Shown here: piece by piece, positions 1 to 64,000 of the stretch
Layout of the letters: each line of letters opens with the position of its first letter
How positions within the stretch are numbered: position 1 is the first letter of the stretch
NCBI GenBank assembly: GCA_020137815.1
Contig: CM035350.1
Span: 1,240,001 to 1,304,000 of the forward strand
Reading direction: 5' to 3'
Source of the DNA: Hormiphora californensis
Lineage: Eukaryota; Animalia; Ctenophora
Length of the DNA: 64,000 nucleotides
Made by a program: the position numbers and the translations under genes
The notes under the pieces: generated by a model
What the model saw: the letters and a program-made list of their open reading frames with translations, nothing else
The model's database searches: none
What the model was told of the DNA's origin: nothing

Positions 1-7
1 ATTCCAG

Positions 8-55554
<55,547 letters not shown>

Positions 55555-56104
55555 CCCCACCCCACTTGGATCCAAGTCAAACCCACCCCCATGATGTGTG
55601 AACAATATGGATCGCTTGTTTTTTTTTCAGAGATTTTTTCAGAGTACCGGAGTTATGGTACAAGCAATTATAGGAGAGTGAGAAAAAGAGAGAAAGGTTG
55701 TGTTTATTAATATATGCACGTGTTTATTGTATGTGTTTAAGCTTTTGTAGGAGCCTTTTTTTACCGTTGTATGTTTTACTTGGAAGATTATCATGATGTT
55801 GTCATGCCAACACGAGTTAAGAATCTCTCTGTTTATGTGTTAAATGCTAAACCCCCCTATATCTATGTGTGCAGTTTTAAGAAAAAGAGTGAGGAATATA
55901 CACATTCTTATTTCAAAGAGTTCATCATATCCAACGTGTTTTAGTTTGTTGAATAATAACACGAAACTGCCCCCATTCCTCTTTCTACACTTCACATTAA
56001 AATGGGGCAGTTTTGTGTTCGGACCCGGGGTCACTATGGAAACTGTTACTGGTTGTTGAGTGTCTGTGTAGACACTGGGAGACACTGCAGTTTTGATCTA
56101 AAAA

Positions 56105-56300
56105 AGATCAGTCGGGCTCAGATTGACATCGAGTCGATGCCGTCAGTCAGTGTCAGATCTGGTCGGCGCCGCCACTGCCAGACAGTCTCAGATAGGGTCG
56201 GCGAAGCTAGACAGTCTCAGATCGGGTCGGTGCCGCCAGACAGCCTCAGATCTGGTCGGCGCCGCCAAACAGGCTCAGATCTGGTCGGCGCTGCCAGTCA
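56105..56300. repeat. ~29-bp degenerate tandem repeat (ctcagatctggtcggcgccgccagacagt), ~6 copies
   Basis: The same unit appears in inverted arrangement at 51015-51070 and 57371-57527. Confidence 0.75.
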
Positions 56301-56349
56301 GAGTGCTGGGTGGCCCCCTAGGTTGGAATAGAAGCCCTGGCCTGCAGAG

Positions 56350-56392
56350 CTGTCTGTCTGTCTGTCTGTCTGTGTCTGTCTGTCTGTGTCTG

Positions 56393-56427
<35 letters not shown>

Positions 56428-56546
56428 GTGTCTGTCTGTATGTCTCTATGTCTGTCTGTCTGTATGTCTCTATGTCTGCCTGTCTCTATGTCTGTCTGTC
56501 TCTATGTCTGTCTGTCTCTATGTCTGTCTCTATGTCTGTCTCTCTG
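56350..56546. repeat. (TCTG)n microsatellite
   Basis: Directly visible. Confidence 0.95.
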
Positions 56547-57221
56547 TTTGTTGGGGGAGAACTCTCCCTTACCCAAACCTTTTCCTAAAATTACAAAATT
56601 GATGAGCTGTAAAAAAGCAAGGGAGAGAACTCTCTCCTGAATTTTCCTTTTACGAAAGCAAGCAGATAAAATCATGAAGAAACTTCTTTTTTTTTCTGCC
56701 GATAGTCAAGGGGCTTCCAGCTTTTTATATAGGTGATTCAGAATAGAAACAATCCTTGGAAGTTTGAGTTTGAGTACCACTCGTGAGATCGTGTCCCGTG
56801 TGATCCGATCCCGGTGACTCGTGTGTCAGTGTAGCAATGACAGTCAAACATCTAGCTGTACTAATACTAATACAGCCTGATAGTCATGAGTATGGATGCC
56901 ACATTGCCACAACTACACATCTATCTGTAAAAGAGGTAAATATTTCGAGTTGATACGAACCCCACGGTCAAATTGTTTAGTGATCAGGTAGTTTCACGGT
57001 GACAGTGCTGCTGGCAATGTCAGACTACCACATGTGCCAGGTTTCAGTAGCACGCTTACACATCCCACATTATAGTCAGTCACACTTTGTACTGTTATAG
57101 CTCTAAGTCTATCCTTCATAGTCATCCACTGCAGTTCATATCATCTCTACAGTTCACCAGTCAGACACCCCCAGTTACACCCAAGGTTACACACACGGTT
57201 ACACACACTGCACGTGCTGTT

Positions 57222-60153
<2,932 letters not shown>

Positions 60154-61056
60154 AATAAAACTCCTGTCCGGATAATATAATAGAGCGAGAGAGGTGAGAG
60201 TGATAGAGAGAGTAAAATGAAATAAGTCAGTGAGAGAAAGAATACCACAAGAGGTGGGTGATAATGATATTACTTGGAGAGAATAAACTTGCAAGATCTT
60301 ACTATTTTAGATCTTACTATATGATTTTAGAAAGGTGATAAAATATAATTTTCCGTGAGAAAGACTTTGTTTATTCTGCTAATAATTCGAATTTGTTTAT
60401 TCGCCTGATTCAGGGCTACTCCAGTTCACCATCCCCCTGAGCTGCTGCTGCTAAAATGTTCGAGAACATCGTCTCTGCAGCAGCTCTCTCTAGGGAGAGG
60501 GGAGAGAGTGAAGAGAGGTAGTATAGGGAGATGGAGAGAGAACATCATATATCTCTAGCGGGTGAGACTGAGGGGGAGAGAGAAGACTGCAGGAATATAT
60601 TTTCTACAACAGGTGATCCTCGTACGAGATCTGCAGTGGGGGGGGGGGGGGGTAGTGACGTGGGTGGAAGATGAGGTGAACTTGAGAAGATTAGATAATA
60701 TGCCCCTTGATCTACCGAGCGGCGACCCCTCACAAAATAAAATGATAAAATAAGCCACACAATATTACCCCGGAAATTTGATGTGAAACCACCCAGGCGG
60801 TAAATGGATTACCCTTCTGTATTCTACTCCTATCTCTCTTCCTCAATCTCCCACTCACAAAGCGTTCTGTGTCTGCTTGCCCTTCTCTCCTTGCCATTAT
60901 TTTCTACATATCTATCTTCCTCTCTCCCTTACCCCAATCTCTCCCAGAATACAAGATATATCCGGCCCTCTCTCCAGTGATATTCGATACAAGATAAAAC
61001 CCGGTAATGAGGTTACAAAGGGGAAGCTGGTGGTGGTGGTGGCCTCCATCGAGACA

Positions 61057-61135
61057 TCACGTGACCTGACGTAATGTTTCACCGGCCCCCCTATAAGACC
61101 TAGACCTGAAGTGAACAGTTCACCACTTCCAGTTT
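61057..61135 (+). promoter_or_regulatory. Candidate core promoter: E-box TCACGTGAC (61057), CRE-like TGACGTAA (61067), TATA-like TATAAGA (61092), Inr-like CAGTT
   Basis: Motif cluster about 170-200 bp upstream of the ATG at 61265. Motif match only. Confidence 0.4.
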
Positions 61136-61264
61136 TGCTACCATATCATGGTCATCTAAACATGCGCTCTCTGCCATCTGGCCCACCTGTGTTTTTCAAA
61201 TCTAGATATTTCTTATGATATTCCATCAATTAATTTCCCCCGTGTACCCTGCTCTCTAGGCAAT

Positions 61265-63829
61265 ATGAGGGTGTTCCTTGTCCTTGCAGTGGTGCTAGTG
61301 GCTGTGGCGGTGGAGGGCCGATCAGCAGGTGGAAGAGGAGGTGGACGGGGTGGTGGACGGGGAGGTAAACACGGCAAGGGAGGAGACAGAATGATGGGGC
61401 CACCCCCTGATACCCTCTGTACTGAAGAAATGGCTGAGGACGCTAGCGAACTTTTTGAAACAATGTTGGCCGGAGTAGACGGTATTACCGGGTAAATAGA
61501 GCTGTTTGTATGTCTGTCGCTCTCTCTCTCTCTCTTTGTCTCTCTGGCTGCCTTGAATCAATAACCCACACCTTCTCCCCCTATCAGAGACTGCTACCCC
61601 TAACCCACCCTCTCTCTCCCAGAGACTGCTACCCCTAACCCACCCTCTCTCTCCCAGAGACTGCTACCCCTAACCCACACCTTCTCCCCCTATCAGAGAC
61701 TGCTACCCCTAACCCACCCTCTCTCTCCCAGAGACTGCTACCCCTAACCCACCCTCTCTCTCCCAGAGACTGCTACCCCTAACCCACCCTCTCTCTCCCA
61801 GAGACTGCTACCCCTAACCCACCCTCTCTCTCCCAGAGACTGCTACCCCTAACCCACCCTCTCTCTCCCAGAGACTGCTACCCCTAACCCACCCTCTCTC
61901 TCCCAGAGACTGCTACCCCTAACCCACCCTCTCTCTCCCAGAGACTGCTACCCCTAACCCACCCTCTCTCTCCCAGAGACTGCTACCCCTAACCCACCCT
62001 CTCTCTCCCAGAGACTGCTACCCCTAACCCACACCTTCTCCCCTATCAGAGACTGCTACCCCTAACCCACCCTCTCTCTCCCAGAGACTGCTACCCCTAA
62101 CCCACCCTCTCTCTCCCAGAGACTGCTACCCCTAACCCACCCTCTCTCTCCCAGAGACTGCTACCCCTAACCCACCCTCTCTCTCCCAGAGACTGCTACC
62201 CCTAACCCACCCTCTCTCTCCCAGAGACTGCTACCCCTAACCCACCCTCTCTCTCCCAGAGACTGCTACCCCTAACCCACCCTCTCTCTCCCAGAGACTG
62301 CTACCCCTAACCCACCCTCTCTCTCCCAGAGACTGCTACCCCTAACCCACCCTCTCTCTCCCAGAGACTGCTACCCCTAACCCACCCTCTCTCTCTCCCA
62401 GAGACTGCTACCCCTAACCCACCCTCTCTCTCCCAGAGACTGCTACCCCTAACCCACCCTCTCTCTCCCAGTGACTGCTATCCCTAACCTACCCTCTCCC
62501 CCTATCAGTGACTGCTACCCCAGAGGCGATATGTTCAGTAACCTCCTGAAGATGCCCGAATGTGTCGCTACCTTTGAGCAAGGATTCTGCTATAACGCCA
62601 AGCGGGAAGGTCGATTTGAGAGCTTTGACACTGAAACTGATAACTTGGACTACTATCATGTTAATGGAGAGGTTGAGGATCTGAGGGTTCTTGGGAAACA
62701 CCTTTGCAGGAACGCTGGCAAGTGCTACAGAGCTGTGAGGAAGGAAGTACTGGTAAGATATACAGGGTGGCAATATCTCATTTATAATGATCCTTTAGCA
62801 TTCCCCGTACTACACGTCCTGCCCAATATCAGATATAGTATGTTAACTGAATCAACCCTATTTACCAGAAATGCCATAACGAGATAGAGGGATGGTTGGA
62901 AACCATTGTCGACCAAGTCACCACCATGTATGAGGCTAATGTCCAGCCAAGAGCTGAGGAATGTAAGTGTACCTGCCTGCTGAGTACAAGTACCTCCAAG
63001 TGTTGGATCATCCGACTACTGCCTCACTCTAAACACTCTGACACGGGCCCTCCCACTAGATGCCCCCTCTAACACCCCCTCTCTCCCCCACTACTACTTG
63101 CCCAATCTAACACCCCCTCTCCCCCTCTCTCTCCCCTCTAACACCCTCTCCTCCCCACTACTAGATGCCCCCTCTAACACCCCCCCTCTCTCCCACTACT
63201 AGATGCCCCCTCTAACACCCTCTCCTCCCCACTACTAGATGCCCCCTCTAACACCCCCCCTCTCTCCCACTACTAGATGCCCCCTCTAACACCACCTCTC
63301 CTCCCCACTACTAGATGCTAACATGAACAACGACACCATGTCTGGTAGCTTCATCAACATTGTAATGGACAGGTTCACCAGCCCAGAGGATATCAGGAAC
63401 TTCTTCGGGGATATTGCAGGGGAAGGGAGTGAAGAAATGACCGAGGATGCCATGTCTGGATACGAACAACTGAAAGGTGCACTACGAGGATTCTGCGCTG
63501 ATAAATGTGTTGACCCCACCGCTGAGTAAGTGCAGTCCACATCTGTCCATCTGTCTCTATGTTTGCTTGTTTGTCTGTTTGTCTGTTTGTTTGTCTCTGT
63601 TTGTTTGTTTATCTGACTGTCTGTGCCTCTAAATTCGTCTACATCTAACACCCTGCACCTCCCTCTCAGTTTCCTCCTGGGAGTCACTGGTCAGATGAGC
63701 GAGTCAGGGACCTGTGTGGCTGCTGCTGAGTTCTGTGGGGAATGTTCTGCAGAGGCTAGTGCATATGTACAGGATCCTGAGAATGCCATGCCATGCTGTC
63801 TCCAGAGGGTCGTGGACCTTGCAATCACT
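61265..63829 (+). CDS. Uncharacterised secreted Cys-rich protein, 3'-incomplete; exons 61265-61491, 62509-62752, 62869-62962, 63315-63525, 63670-63829
   Basis: Signal peptide MRVFLVLAVVLVAVAVEG, a Gly/Arg stretch, then a Cys-containing helical-looking sequence. All introns are GT-AG and phases match (2,0,1,2). The gene continues past the window. Confidence 0.85.
61561..62520 (+). repeat. 35-bp intronic minisatellite, 27 units, each a copy of the 3' splice site plus exon start
   Basis: Unit ctaacccaccctctctctcccAG|agactgctaccc. The last unit is the productive acceptor at 62508 (AG|tgactgctaccccaga). Confidence 0.95.
63050..63320 (+). repeat. 36-38-bp intronic minisatellite built from the 3' splice site of exon 63315
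   Basis: Unit ctaacaccctctcctccccactacTAG|atgccccct, with AG ending at 63059, 63164, 63202, 63238, 63276 and the productive 63314. Confidence 0.9.
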
Positions 63830-63883
63830 GTAAGTAGATATAGGATAGAGATAAAACACCCTCTGTTTTAGAAAGACACTTTC

Positions 63884-64000
63884 ACTGAGACACCAAGTAC
63901 CCTCTATAGATAGAAACTAACTGAGACCCCAAGTACCCTCTATAGATAGAAACTAACTGAGACACCAAGTACCCTCAATAGATAGTAACTAACTGAGACA
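63884..64000 (+). repeat. 36-bp intronic tandem repeat (at least 3 copies, runs off window)
   Basis: actgagacaccaagtaccctctatagatagaaacta at 63884, 63920, 63956 and 63992 (partial). Confidence 0.9.

Noticed and set aside
61561-62520. Interstitial telomere
   Set aside because: CCCTAA occurs once per 35-bp unit, not as tandem hexamers.

Overview
Eukaryotic (metazoan) genomic DNA with short GT-AG introns and three + strand genes. (1) 8-55554: the central and 3' part of a giant spectraplakin (MACF1/dystonin/Short stop family), identified by spliced spectrin repeats, paired EF-hands, a GAS2/GAR domain and an SxIP tail. The N-terminal CH and plakin domains are not in the window. The gene carries a ~25.9 kb exon built from filamin-like Ig domains, an unrecognised ~260-aa GPDG-rich module and acidic linkers. 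It also carries a block of phase-1 cassette exons (35.6-48.8 kb) inserted inside one spectrin repeat. That block includes an ~8.9 kb Ser/Pro/Arg repeat exon with PKA sites and LxxIxE, RVxF and SxIP motifs, plus a coiled-coil exon. There are two alternative C-termini. (2) 57222-60153: an intact 8-exon, 411-aa phosphagen (arginine/creatine) kinase homologue with an N-terminal Met-Gly that has lost most catalytic residues. (3) 61265 to the window end: an unrecognised secreted Cys-rich protein whose introns hold tandem amplifications of their own 3' splice sites, each decoy leading to a stop. A ~1 kb near-perfect foldback element and several micro/minisatellites are also present. Scattered single-base frameshifts most likely reflect long-read assembly errors. 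All exon models and family assignments were made by hand from the sequence and from remembered family consensus; no searches were run.
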